Virus record (IMG/VR): IMGVR_UViG_3300027744_000080
Location: 1 to 30,737 of that record
Strand: one strand, 5' to 3'
Source: a virus
Taxonomy: Duplodnaviria > Caudoviricetes
DNA length: 30,737 nucleotides
The translations under genes were made by a program, and so were the position numbers. Positions 15,201 to 25,016 of the stretch are shown here, in pieces (within the stretch, counting starts at the first letter, position 1; every line of letters begins with the position of its first letter). Under the pieces are notes generated by a model. It was not told the origin of the DNA, made no database searches, and worked only from the letters and a program-made list of their open reading frames with translations.

Positions 15201-16115
15201 ATGGCCTACACGCTGCTGCAATTAGTCGATCAAGTCTCCGGTGAATTGGGACTGTCGCAGCCAGCGGCGGTAATCGGTAACTCTAACAATCAGACTGTCC
15301 AGCTTCTTGCCTTGGCTCAGCGCCTTGGCAAAGACTTGGTGCGTGATTATGAGTGGCAGCGGTTGGTCAAAGCGTACATTTTTCAGACCACGGCGGCAAC
15401 CACTGTCACAGGGGACATAACGGCCAATTCCAGCGTAATCACCAACATCACCACATCGGGCTTGCAAGTGAGCAATGTGGTCACTGGTACGGGCATAGCG
15501 GCTTACTCTGAGATTCTGACGATTGACTCTGGCTCTCAGCTAACCCTTAACACGCCGGTCAGCACTTCCACGGCGGCTGTTTCGCTGACATTTGCCAAGC
15601 AAGATTACCCAATGCCAGGCGGCTTTGACCGGATGATCTCCGACACGAATTGGGACAGAACAAACCATTGGCGCAACCTTGGCACAAAGACCAGCCAAGA
15701 GTGGCAATGGCTGCAAGGCGGCATCATTTCGGTTGGCCCACGGGAGCGTTACCGAATTTACAACGACAAGCTGCGTATATTCCAAGCCCTGACCAGCGTT
15801 TACAACCTTGCGTTTGAGTATGTGGGCAGCTATTGGGTTGTTGCATCTGGCGGCACAGAAGGCACAAAACCAGCCTACACAGCCGATTCAGACACTGCTG
15901 TGTTTGCTGATGACTTAATGCTGGCCGGTCTAAAATACTATTTCCTCAAGGCCAAGAAACTTGACTACGCTGTAGAGCTGGGCGAGTTTATGAGGACTCT
16001 TAGCTACACCAAGGCGCAAGATGTGCCTGTTGCGGCTCAGTCGCTAGCACCAGCAGGCATGAATGCACTGGTTGGGCCTTGGAGTATCCAAGACGGCAAC
16101 TGGCCTACCGCATAA
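15201..16115 (+). CDS. head-to-tail adaptor (P22 gp4/T7 gp11-like) with inserted Thr/Ser-rich beta domain
   Basis: TLLQLV...ELGL, LLAL...G..L...EWQ.L, Y.MP..FDR, FEY, DDLM..GLK motifs; position before the gp10-like gene. Confidence 0.7.
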   Translation: MAYTLLQLVDQVSGELGLSQPAAVIGNSNNQTVQLLALAQRLGKDLVRDYEWQRLVKAYIFQTTAATTVTGDITANSSVITNITTSGLQVSNVVTGTGIAAYSEILTIDSGSQLTLNTPVSTSTAAVSLTFAKQDYPMPGGFDRMISDTNWDRTNHWRNLGTKTSQEWQWLQGGIISVGPRERYRIYNDKLRIFQALTSVYNLAFEYVGSYWVVASGGTEGTKPAYTADSDTAVFADDLMLAGLKYYFLKAKKLDYAVELGEFMRTLSYTKAQDVPVAAQSLAPAGMNALVGPWSIQDGNWPTA

Positions 16116-17662
16116 TGCTGGCCTCATTTGCTAAAGCGCCACTTACGCAGCGCAGTCAAACAGTTTCGGTAGCTGCGCCCATTGGCGGGTGGAACGCAAG
16201 AGATTCATTGGGCGCGATGGATGCAATGGATGCGGTGACGCTGACCAACTTCTGGCCTGGCACTAACTCCGTTATTTTGCGAAATGGCTACACCAAGTTT
16301 GCCACTGGCATTGTGGGCCAAGTTGAAACGATCATGTCTTATAGCTCTGGCACGGCCAATGAGTTATTTGCAGCGGCTGATGATTCAATCTACAACATCA
16401 CGGCTGGCGGTGCGGTTGGGGCGGCTGATGTAACAAGCCTGACAAACGCACGATTCCAATACACCAACATCACCACATCAGCAGCATCTTATTTAATGTG
16501 CGTTAACGGCGCAGACAAGCTCAGAATTTATGACGGCTTGGCTTGGCACACCGATGGGGACGGCGTACCTTACAACATCACCAATATTGACACAGCCACT
16601 GTTTCAAACATCACGCTGTTTAAAAACCGGATTTGGCTGACAACAAACGACTCACTTAAAGTTTGGTATTTACCGGTTAACTCCATTGGCGGGGCAGCGG
16701 TTGCGTTAGACATGACCAGCATCTTTCAGATGGGTGGCTACATTGTGGCTGGCATGACATGGACGCTAGACGCTGGCTATGGTGTGGATGACTATTTAGT
16801 CTTCATTACAAGCAACGGCGAAGCGTTAGTTTGGCGGCTAACTGATCCGACAACCCCATCAGGGATTTCGCAAATTGGCTTGTTCAGGGTTGGCGCACCT
16901 ATTGGCAGGCGCTGCTATACCAAGTTTGGCGGCGACTTGCTCATCATTACGCAAGATGGTGTAGTGCCTATGGCGGGTGCATTGCAAAGCTCACGACTTG
17001 ACCCACGGGTATCAATTACCAACAAAATCCAATACGCAATGGGTCAGGCAGGCACTACCTACGGGGCAAATTTTGGGTGGCAATTGCTTTACTACCCAAA
17101 AGAAAATCAATTAATAATGAATGTGCCAATTGCTTTAGGTCAGCAACAACAGTATGTGATGAACAACATTACTAAAAGCTGGTGCAACTTTACGGGTTGG
17201 TATGCTAATTGTTGGGAGTTGTTTGAGGATGATCCTTACTTTGGCGGTGATGGATTTGTGGCGGCGGCTTGGAACGGCACTGTGGATGACACTTCCAACA
17301 TCGAAGGCTTTGCCCTGCAAAGTTTCCAGAATTACGGCGCGGCAACCCAAAAACAATGCAAGATGATCCGCTATCACTTGTTTTCAGACGGCAATCCTAC
17401 GATCTTTGGCAATGTCAATGTTGACTACAACCTGAATGACCAGAGCGCACAGTTAACCTTTTTTGGGTCTACTGTTGGCCTTTGGGACACGGGATTGTGG
17501 GATTCTGCGCTTTGGGGCGGTGGTTTAGCTCCTTCAGCAAACTGGGAAGGTGCGACAGAAATCGGCTATACCTTTGCGCCGCTGTTGAAAACTGCCACTC
17601 AGGGAATACAATTACAGTGGGTCGCAACCGATCTAGTGTTTGAGGCCGGTGGTGTCCTTTGA
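16115..17662 (+). CDS. tail hub / packaged-DNA stabilisation protein (P22 gp10-like)
   Basis: APIGGWNARD N-terminus, NGAD, FKNRIW, GGDL..IT.DG, beta-propeller-like; ATG 16115 via TAATG overlap. Confidence 0.75.
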   Translation: MLASFAKAPLTQRSQTVSVAAPIGGWNARDSLGAMDAMDAVTLTNFWPGTNSVILRNGYTKFATGIVGQVETIMSYSSGTANELFAAADDSIYNITAGGAVGAADVTSLTNARFQYTNITTSAASYLMCVNGADKLRIYDGLAWHTDGDGVPYNITNIDTATVSNITLFKNRIWLTTNDSLKVWYLPVNSIGGAAVALDMTSIFQMGGYIVAGMTWTLDAGYGVDDYLVFITSNGEALVWRLTDPTTPSGISQIGLFRVGAPIGRRCYTKFGGDLLIITQDGVVPMAGALQSSRLDPRVSITNKIQYAMGQAGTTYGANFGWQLLYYPKENQLIMNVPIALGQQQQYVMNNITKSWCNFTGWYANCWELFEDDPYFGGDGFVAAAWNGTVDDTSNIEGFALQSFQNYGAATQKQCKMIRYHLFSDGNPTIFGNVNVDYNLNDQSAQLTFFGSTVGLWDTGLWDSALWGGGLAPSANWEGATEIGYTFAPLLKTATQGIQLQWVATDLVFEAGGVL

Positions 17663-18095
17663 AATAAAATCCGATCATGCGGTTGGTCACTGGACTGCCA
17701 AGCAGCTCGATGGTGGATATTTTGAAGAACGCAGCCGTGCGATTGGGCTGGCAAGAGATGGTGAAATAATTGCTGGCGTGATTTACGAGAACTGGAACGG
17801 GCAATCAATTTTTTGCCACATTGCGATTGAGGGTCGGATCACTGCAAGCTACCTAGCTGCAATTTTTGATTACCCGTTCAATGTTTGCAATGTCAAAAAG
17901 ATCATTGTCCCTGTAGACGCAACAAATGCAAAAAGCATAACTCTGGTTGAGAAGATGGGCTTCACAGAGGAGGCAAGGGTTAAAGATGGAATGGCTGATG
18001 GTGACTTAATTTTGTTCACATTGGCAAAAAGTGATTGCAAATATTTAGGGGAAAGATATGGGGAAAAAGACAACACCGCCACCACCATCGCCTGA
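17652..18095 (+). CDS. GNAT-fold acetyltransferase-like virion assembly protein
   Basis: AGVIYE, FDYPF, N.KS..LVEKMGF.EE motif; conserved slot between hub and ejection genes; GAGG RBS before GTG 17652. Confidence 0.75.
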   Translation: MSFEIKSDHAVGHWTAKQLDGGYFEERSRAIGLARDGEIIAGVIYENWNGQSIFCHIAIEGRITASYLAAIFDYPFNVCNVKKIIVPVDATNAKSITLVEKMGFTEEARVKDGMADGDLILFTLAKSDCKYLGERYGEKDNTATTIA

Positions 18096-18954
18096 TTACA
18101 GGGGCGCTGCTGTTGAACAAGGGCAGGCTAATCTTGAGTCGGCTCGGGCTACTGCAAAGTTGTCGAACCCCAACATGTACACGCCCTATGGTCAAAGTTT
18201 GGTTAGTTATGACGGCGACACTCCAACAATACGCCAAACCTTAACGCCACAAGCGCAGCAAACTTTAGAGGCCGAACAAAGGGTGCAAACCGGTCTTGCG
18301 AACCTTGGAGAAAAAGGTACGCAAATGGCATCCACTGTGCTGGATAAGCCTTTTGCTTTTGGTGGCCCAGCGGTACAAACAAGCCTAAACACAAGCAACA
18401 TAGCCAGAGCGCCGATCAATGCGGGAACTACAGGCTTTGACGCAATCATGTCTCGCCTTGAGCCGTCAATGGCACGGGCTAGGACAAGCACAGAAACCAA
18501 TTTAATAAACCAAGGCTTGCGGCCAGGCACTGAGGCTTACGACAACGCTATTCGGTCACTTGGTGAGCAAGAGACAGATGCACGGACTCAGGCCGCACGG
18601 ACGGGCATTGATCTGGACAGTGCTGCCAACACAAACCAATTTAATCAGGCTCTACAGGGCGGTCAATTTGCCAATACCGCGCAGGGGCAGGCTCTTGCAC
18701 AAGCGATCCAAGGGCGGCAGATGCCTCTTAATGAGATTACTGCGCTTATGTCTGGATCGCAAATCCAGAACCCAACATTTGGGGCGTATCAGGGTGCAAA
18801 TGTGGCGGCTGCGCCTACCTTTGCAGCTACACAAGCGCAGGGCGCATTTGATCAAAACAACTACAACACGCAAGTGGGGCAATCTAATGCGAACACGGCA
18901 GCGCTTTACAGTCTTGGCGGCTCGGCTGCAAGGGCTTTTGGTGGCAGGGCATAA
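18058..18954 (+). CDS. internal virion/ejection protein 1 (gp7-like slot)
   Basis: MGKK..PPPP.PDY, N..TPYG, L.NQGL.PG.EAY, Q/A/G-rich. Confidence 0.65.
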   Translation: MGKKTTPPPPSPDYRGAAVEQGQANLESARATAKLSNPNMYTPYGQSLVSYDGDTPTIRQTLTPQAQQTLEAEQRVQTGLANLGEKGTQMASTVLDKPFAFGGPAVQTSLNTSNIARAPINAGTTGFDAIMSRLEPSMARARTSTETNLINQGLRPGTEAYDNAIRSLGEQETDARTQAARTGIDLDSAANTNQFNQALQGGQFANTAQGQALAQAIQGRQMPLNEITALMSGSQIQNPTFGAYQGANVAAAPTFAATQAQGAFDQNNYNTQVGQSNANTAALYSLGGSAARAFGGRA

Positions 18955-18956
18955 AT

Positions 18957-20699
18957 ATGGCAACAATAAATTTATCACCATATACGGCTGAGTCAGAGGC
19001 GATTGCGCGGCGGTTGCGCTTGGCTGAAGCGCTAGGGCAAAAAGCAGCGCAGCCTTTAGAGATGCCTACGCAGGCCGGTGTGCGAATCAGCCCGTTAGCG
19101 GGTTTAGCAAAAATGCTGGATGAGTACACGGCTGGACGGCAAGAAAGATCGGCCAGAGCAGAATCAAAAGCGCTTGGTGAAAAATACCAAGCTGACACTT
19201 CTGCTGATTTTGGCGCATTGTTAAAAGGTCTGACTCCAACAGCGGCAGTGCCTGAAGGCCCATCAACATTTACGGCAAATGTGGATCAGCGTGATGTTGT
19301 TGAAAATCCTCGCATGGTGATGCAACCTGAGCGCAACGAGATGAATGAGATCATTCAGCCTGGCGAGGCTGGCGCTGGTAACTTTGGCGTAACGCCTGGC
19401 ACACCCGCAATTCCTGCAACCACAGGTGAATTAACTGCTGAAGGTTTTAAAGCAATGAAAACCCCTGCTGGGCAACAGCAGTACATGGCTCAATTGTTGG
19501 CACAAATTGCGCCTAAAGATGCAATGGTTGTTCCTGAAGGCGGTAGTCTTTACAGTAAAAGCGGCAAACTTTTAGTGCAGGGCGCAGGCAAAAATAAGTT
19601 TGGAAACATTGATCCAAGCAAATTTACGCCTGACAGCCTTGCTTTATTCATGGCAAGCGGCGGCAAAGATTTTAGTCTTTTACGCACACCGCCGCCAAAT
19701 TTAAGTTTCCAAAACACGGGCGGTGGAATTCAAGCGTTTGATCCAAGATTAGGCACACCGGTTGGTACTGCTACTCCAATAACAGTCAGCCCAAATACAA
19801 AGGCTACGCTAGATCAAGCTCGCATTTTGTCAGATCGTGCGTTTAATGGTTTGTCAGCCAATCAAAGATTGCAATTGGAGAACGAAGCTGCACGGCTTAA
19901 CATTAGCGCCCAGCAATTGTTTTTTGATACCGGTTTACAAGCTAGCGGTGGGGCGCGTTTGTCACCACCAGCGCCGCCAGCGCCTAATGCGCCGCCGGTT
20001 GTCGCACCAGTTGCCCCTGCAACGATGCCAGCGCCTGTTGCGCCCGTTGCGGCGCGTCCAGCGGCTGCTGCGCCTGTGGCTACTGCGCCAGTAGTTCCAC
20101 CCGCAGCGCCTGACGCACAAGCAGCGCTGTCTCCCAGAGCGCGGCAAGAATTGGAGAAAACGCGGCAGCTTGAAGAATTTAAGGGAATGACGGAAGTGCA
20201 AAGCAATGCCGCTTTGTTTGGCGGCGCTATGAAGCAAGCACAAAATGTCATTACGCAGCTTGAAGCTCAAGGCACAGTCAAAAACGCAATTATTCCAAGT
20301 GTGTTGCAAAGTGTTGTTAAATTAATTCCGTTTGGGCCAGGTGAGCAAGCTGCAAGCATGATTGAATCAATTGCAAGAACAGACCCAACTTCATTGTTTG
20401 GGCCTGACCAAAATCAGCAAAAATTAGGACAGGCGCAAATTGCATTTGCTACAGCTTGGCTGCGTAAGACTTCAGGCGCTGCGTTTGGCGGCAGTGAAAT
20501 TGCAAACACAATTAAAGAATATTTTCCGTTAATTGGTGAGGGCGAGGCTGTTATTAAGCAAAAAGCAGAGGCTAGAGATAGAGCCATTGAAGGCTTGCGA
20601 TTATCAACGGGCGCACAGGGTAAGGCTTACATTGACAAATATGGTGGTTCATCCGCTAGCGGCACGGCTAATGATCCGTTTGGCTTGAGGAAAAAATAA
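18957..20699 (+). CDS. internal virion/ejection protein 2 (gp20-like slot)
   Basis: 580 aa, Pro/Ala linker, C-terminal LRKTSGAA...E....YFP..GE...VI.QK..AR domain. Confidence 0.65.
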   Translation: MATINLSPYTAESEAIARRLRLAEALGQKAAQPLEMPTQAGVRISPLAGLAKMLDEYTAGRQERSARAESKALGEKYQADTSADFGALLKGLTPTAAVPEGPSTFTANVDQRDVVENPRMVMQPERNEMNEIIQPGEAGAGNFGVTPGTPAIPATTGELTAEGFKAMKTPAGQQQYMAQLLAQIAPKDAMVVPEGGSLYSKSGKLLVQGAGKNKFGNIDPSKFTPDSLALFMASGGKDFSLLRTPPPNLSFQNTGGGIQAFDPRLGTPVGTATPITVSPNTKATLDQARILSDRAFNGLSANQRLQLENEAARLNISAQQLFFDTGLQASGGARLSPPAPPAPNAPPVVAPVAPATMPAPVAPVAARPAAAAPVATAPVVPPAAPDAQAALSPRARQELEKTRQLEEFKGMTEVQSNAALFGGAMKQAQNVITQLEAQGTVKNAIIPSVLQSVVKLIPFGPGEQAASMIESIARTDPTSLFGPDQNQQKLGQAQIAFATAWLRKTSGAAFGGSEIANTIKEYFPLIGEGEAVIKQKAEARDRAIEGLRLSTGAQGKAYIDKYGGSSASGTANDPFGLRKK

Positions 20700-22528
20700 T
20701 GGCAACGCTTGTTGAGTTTCGCGCCAAAAACCCAGAGTACAACGACATGCCAGATGTGGCATTAGCGGATGCAATGCACTCCAAGTTTTACGCTGACATT
20801 CCTAAACCACAGTTTTACAAGCAACTTGGATTAGGCGCGGAGACACAAATTCCTGGCGGCGAAACGGCAACCACACTGCCACCAAAGCCTGTAACAATGC
20901 GTGATCGCATTATGGGCGTAGTTGAAACGCCTGCAATTATTGCTGGCAATGTTGGGCGCATGATTGCAGCGCCAATTGCAAAATACGGCACAGAGGCGGT
21001 TGTAGGTTGGAACACGCCTGAAGGCATGAAGCAAGGGCAACAGGCTGCACAAACAACATCTAATCAGTTTTATCAGCCAAGGACAGAAACCGGCTCTGAC
21101 ATTGTTGGATCAATGGCAAAAGTGTTAGGGGCAATTCCTCCTACGCCATTGACTAGCGCGGGGGTGGCTCTATCAACGCTTGCTGGCCCAGCGCTAACGC
21201 AAACGGCAAGGGCAATTCAGCCTGCAATGCAAACTGCTACGCAAACGCCAGCGATGCAAAAAATGGCTGCATTGCTTAAGCCACCAGAAAAACAAATGGT
21301 GGGCATGGGCGCAGCTAGTACAGATGAAGTTTTGCTACGCCAGCAACGGGCGCAGGCACAGGGCATTCCGCTAACTAAGGGCGAGCAACTGCAAGATTTT
21401 GGGCTAATGAAGCGTGAATCGGATTTGCCTAAAGAAAACCCAGATTTGGCTAAAGGCTTGATTGAATTTAAAGCAGGGCAAAAGCAAGCCATCATTAAGC
21501 GTTTTGAACAAATGGCTGATGAAACCGGCGCAGTCTACGCTGACCCAACTGCCTTTAGAAAAGTTGGCTCTTTAGTGGACACAGAAGTTGTCAAACAATT
21601 TGATGCCAAAAAATTAAGGGTAGACAACGCTTATCAAGCGGCTAGAGATGCTGGCGAAACAAAGCAAGTGGTTAGCACTGCACCATTAGAACAATGGCTT
21701 GCAGCTAATGCGCCAGAGGCTATTTCTGTTCCTGAAATTAATTCAATTGCGGCAAAACTTGAAGCGCTAAAAAAGGCAAGAAACGGCCAAGTCACCATTG
21801 ACGATGTTGAAAACCTTTACAAAGCTGCTGGTCAACTTGGTAAAAAAGGTGATCCATCAGGCATGTTTATGGGCCAAGTTAAGGGCGTTATTAATGACAT
21901 GACTGAAGGCGCTGGTGGCGACTTGTATCGTGCCGCAAGGGTGCAACGCAAAGAGCTTGGCAACCAGTTTGAAAACACCTATAGAGTGGCTAAATTGCTA
22001 GGCACAAGAGGCGGTTATGGTGATCGGGCTGTGGCGCTAGACGATGTGTTTTCGCATGTTGTTTTGGATGGCAGCTTAGAAGAAATGCGGACTGTTACCC
22101 AATTGCTGAAAAAGGGTGGGCCACAAGGTCAGCAGGCTTACGCTGAATTGCAGGGTCAGACAATCCAATACCTTAAAGATCAGCTTACAAAAAATGCTAG
22201 CGGTGAGTTGTCCTTTGCTAAGGTCAAGAACGCAATCGACACGCTTGATCGTGAAGACAAACTGGCGTACATGTTTGGCAAGTCAGGGCGTAACACCTTG
22301 ATTGATGTGCGCGATGCGATACAAGATGCGTTAGTCAAGCCGCCTGGCACTGTCAATTATTCCAATACGGGTAGTGTTGTAATTAGAGGCTTGGACAAGC
22401 TGGCAGAAATGCGAGTGCCTTTGGCTAAGTCAGCATCGGATATTGCTAAATCGCGGGAAGTTAAAAAACAAGTGGAAGAATCCACAAAATACAACGCTTT
22501 GGTTGACGCTTTGAAAGGTACAAAATGA
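20699..22528 (+). CDS. internal virion/ejection protein 3 (gp16-like slot)
   Basis: FR.K.PEY.DMPD..LADAMH.KFY.D N-terminal motif, GIPLT.G, N.SNTG near the C-terminus; helical. Confidence 0.65.
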   Translation: MATLVEFRAKNPEYNDMPDVALADAMHSKFYADIPKPQFYKQLGLGAETQIPGGETATTLPPKPVTMRDRIMGVVETPAIIAGNVGRMIAAPIAKYGTEAVVGWNTPEGMKQGQQAAQTTSNQFYQPRTETGSDIVGSMAKVLGAIPPTPLTSAGVALSTLAGPALTQTARAIQPAMQTATQTPAMQKMAALLKPPEKQMVGMGAASTDEVLLRQQRAQAQGIPLTKGEQLQDFGLMKRESDLPKENPDLAKGLIEFKAGQKQAIIKRFEQMADETGAVYADPTAFRKVGSLVDTEVVKQFDAKKLRVDNAYQAARDAGETKQVVSTAPLEQWLAANAPEAISVPEINSIAAKLEALKKARNGQVTIDDVENLYKAAGQLGKKGDPSGMFMGQVKGVINDMTEGAGGDLYRAARVQRKELGNQFENTYRVAKLLGTRGGYGDRAVALDDVFSHVVLDGSLEEMRTVTQLLKKGGPQGQQAYAELQGQTIQYLKDQLTKNASGELSFAKVKNAIDTLDREDKLAYMFGKSGRNTLIDVRDAIQDALVKPPGTVNYSNTGSVVIRGLDKLAEMRVPLAKSASDIAKSREVKKQVEESTKYNALVDALKGTK

Positions 22529-23340
22529 GTTACAACGGCTCTGGCACATTTGTCATTAACACTGCTGGTCAGCCGGTGGTTTCTGGCACAGTCATCTCTA
22601 GCACCTACTTTAATGCGCTGACAGCAGACTTGGGGACTGGTCTGAGTACGGCCATCACAAAAGATGGACAGACCACCACCACAGCGCGGATTCCATTTAT
22701 CTTTGGTATCAATTCAAGCCTGATCACTGACTCAACCAGCGGCTCTACGGGATCAATCTTCACGGCTGGCGGTATTGGTATTACCAAGTCTTTGGTGGTT
22801 GCTGGCGCTACTGACGCATCTAGCACAACCACAGGCGCAATTACTACGGCGGGTGGTGTAGGTGTAGCTAAGGCTCTTTATGCTGGCAGCGATTCGTTTT
22901 TCACCAGCACGGGCGCTGTGCAAATTTCAAAGGGAACGACAGCAGAGCGACCCACGGGCGTTACGGGCAAGTTGAGGTTCAACACTACCACTGGTGAGTT
23001 TGAGGGCTACACGGGCGCTGGATGGGCTTCTGTGGGCGGCTCTGCAATTGTCAATGACACCAGCACTGCAACAAACATCTACCCGCTGATGGCAAGTGCA
23101 ACAAGCGGCACGGCTACGACAGTTAACACTAGCAATGCCAAGCTGCTTTACAAACCGTCTACGGGTGAGTTTCAATCAACAGCGCTGGTGGCTTTAAATG
23201 GCATTGTGGTGAACAGCGCAACGATTGCAACAAATTACACTATTGCAACGGGCAACAACGCAATGAGCGCAGGGCCGGTGACAATCAACACAAGCATCAC
23301 AGTTACAGTCTCCAGCGGCTCTCGCTGGGCTGTTGTTTAA
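22525..23340 (+). CDS. proximal tail fibre / fibre adaptor
   Basis: MSYNGSGTF...ISST.FN...DL..GLS..ITKDGQ N-terminus, GTTAERP...RFNTT..EFEGY, AMSAGPVTI...SGSRW. Confidence 0.75.
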   Translation: MSYNGSGTFVINTAGQPVVSGTVISSTYFNALTADLGTGLSTAITKDGQTTTTARIPFIFGINSSLITDSTSGSTGSIFTAGGIGITKSLVVAGATDASSTTTGAITTAGGVGVAKALYAGSDSFFTSTGAVQISKGTTAERPTGVTGKLRFNTTTGEFEGYTGAGWASVGGSAIVNDTSTATNIYPLMASATSGTATTVNTSNAKLLYKPSTGEFQSTALVALNGIVVNSATIATNYTIATGNNAMSAGPVTINTSITVTVSSGSRWAVV

Positions 23341-23349
23341 GGACGCAAA

Positions 23350-24309
23350 ATGACTTTAATTTTAAGTGGCACTGAGGGTCTTTCTGATATTGACGGATCG
23401 GCAGCGACCCCTGCTATTCGTGGCACTGATGCAAACACCGGCATCTTCTTCCCTGCGGCTGACACCATTGCTTTTGCTGAAGGTGGTGCGGAGGCTATGA
23501 GAATTACATCGACCGGCGATGTGGGAATTGGCACGGCTTCGCCAAGTCTTCGGTTGCATGTTAGTGGCTCTTCTACTTATGTTGCGGGTGTAGAGGGTAG
23601 TTCAACATTTGCGTTAATGGGCTTTAAGGCTTCTGGTACTACCGGAACTATGGCAGACCCCAATGTTGCTATTGGCGCAACTGGTGATGATCTTTATTTT
23701 AGGGCTGGCGGCACAGAACGCGCCCGTATCGACTCCAGCGGTAACTTGCTGGTGGGGACTACAACTTCTAATAATGGTGGCGGTATATGTCTTATTAAAT
23801 CAATTAATGGAAGCACAATAGCCAATTTTGATAATAGTTTTGGCAGTGGTGGTCAAGTTTTACGAACAACCATGCCAGCCGCAGCAAATAATACATCTTC
23901 TTATCATATTGTTTGCAACACTGGGACTGACAAACTTTTTGTTTATGGAAATGGCAATGTTGTAAACATTAACAACAGCTATGGCGCTCTTTCAGATATA
24001 AAGCTAAAAGAAAACATTTCCGATGCAACGCCAAAACTTGCTGACCTATTGCAAGTCAAAGTTCGCAATTACAACTTAATTGGCGAGGAAACAAAACAAA
24101 TTGGCGTTGTCGCCCAAGAGTTAGAAACTATATTCCCAGCAATGGTTGATGTATCGCCAGATATTGACAAAGACGGCAACGACCTTGGCACAACAACCAA
24201 GTCTGTCAAGTACAGCGTGTTTGTTCCTATGCTTATCAAAGCCATCCAAGAGCAACAAGCCCTCATCACAGCCCTGACAACCCGCATCACCGCACTGGAG
24301 GCAGCATGA
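23350..24309 (+). CDS. tail fibre with C-terminal intramolecular chaperone (Peptidase S74)
   Basis: G.VGIGT.SP...LHV and ERARIDSSGNLLVGTT repeats; SDIKLKENI...IGVVAQE...LIKAIQE coiled coil. Confidence 0.88.
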   Translation: MTLILSGTEGLSDIDGSAATPAIRGTDANTGIFFPAADTIAFAEGGAEAMRITSTGDVGIGTASPSLRLHVSGSSTYVAGVEGSSTFALMGFKASGTTGTMADPNVAIGATGDDLYFRAGGTERARIDSSGNLLVGTTTSNNGGGICLIKSINGSTIANFDNSFGSGGQVLRTTMPAAANNTSSYHIVCNTGTDKLFVYGNGNVVNINNSYGALSDIKLKENISDATPKLADLLQVKVRNYNLIGEETKQIGVVAQELETIFPAMVDVSPDIDKDGNDLGTTTKSVKYSVFVPMLIKAIQEQQALITALTTRITALEAA

Positions 24310-24830
24310 GTTTATTAGCCGTTCAAGGGGGCGCTACCGGCACAGGTACGGTCACCCTGTTAGCACCCATCACAAACACAAACCAGACGCTGACGCTGCC
24401 TGATGCTACTGACACAGTGGCGGGAATTGCTGCAACTCAGACGCTGACCAACAAGACGCTGACCAGCCCCTCGCTGACCACGCCAAACATTGACTCAGCG
24501 CAGTTTGCTACTGTATCGGGTACAGCGCCGATCTATCCGTGCCGCGCATGGGTCAACTTTAACGGCACTGGCACGCCAGCAATTCGCGGAAGTGGAAATG
24601 TGTCGAGCATTACGGATAACGGCACTGGCGATTACACAGTTAACTTTACGACTGCGATGTCTGATGTAAATTATTCATTTTTAGCTGGCGCACAAGCTAA
24701 CGGCGTAGCCAATGGCCCAATGGTTGATCTTTATGGTGTCGGAGCTACAGGAAGCGCTAGATTTCGTGTCTTTACACAAGCATCAGCAGCAATGGATTCG
24801 CCGGTTTGCACATTTGCGGCCTTCCGCTGA
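24306..24830 (+). CDS. short tail fibre / receptor-binding protein
   Basis: TLTLPD, QTLTNKTLTSP, RAWVNFNG, NVSSITDNGTGDYTVNF. Confidence 0.75.
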   Translation: MSLLAVQGGATGTGTVTLLAPITNTNQTLTLPDATDTVAGIAATQTLTNKTLTSPSLTTPNIDSAQFATVSGTAPIYPCRAWVNFNGTGTPAIRGSGNVSSITDNGTGDYTVNFTTAMSDVNYSFLAGAQANGVANGPMVDLYGVGATGSARFRVFTQASAAMDSPVCTFAAFR

Positions 24831-24839
24831 AAGAACAAA

Positions 24840-25016
24840 ATGACCCAAAGAATCATCTACAAAACACCAGACGGCGGCGTAGCCGTCATCATCCCAGCCG
24901 ACACCATTGAAGCCTGCATGAAAGACATCCCCGAGGGCGCTGAATACGCCATCGTGGATGTGGCAGACATTCCAGAAGACCGCACATTCAGAGGAGCATG
25001 GACATGGGCATCGTAA
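24840..25016 (+). CDS. 58-aa tail fibre assembly-like protein, N-terminal half (not in ORF track)
   Basis: Translated by hand: MTQRIIYKTPDGGVAVIIPA...KDIPEG..Y.IVD..DIPEDRTFRGAW. Confidence 0.7.
   Translation: MTQRIIYKTPDGGVAVIIPADTIEACMKDIPEGAEYAIVDVADIPEDRTFRGAWTWAS

Noticed and set aside
19960-20130. GC-rich repeats and antisense ORFs (19862..20251, 19962..20309)
   Set aside because: Pro/Ala linker of the ejection protein; the antisense frames are shadows
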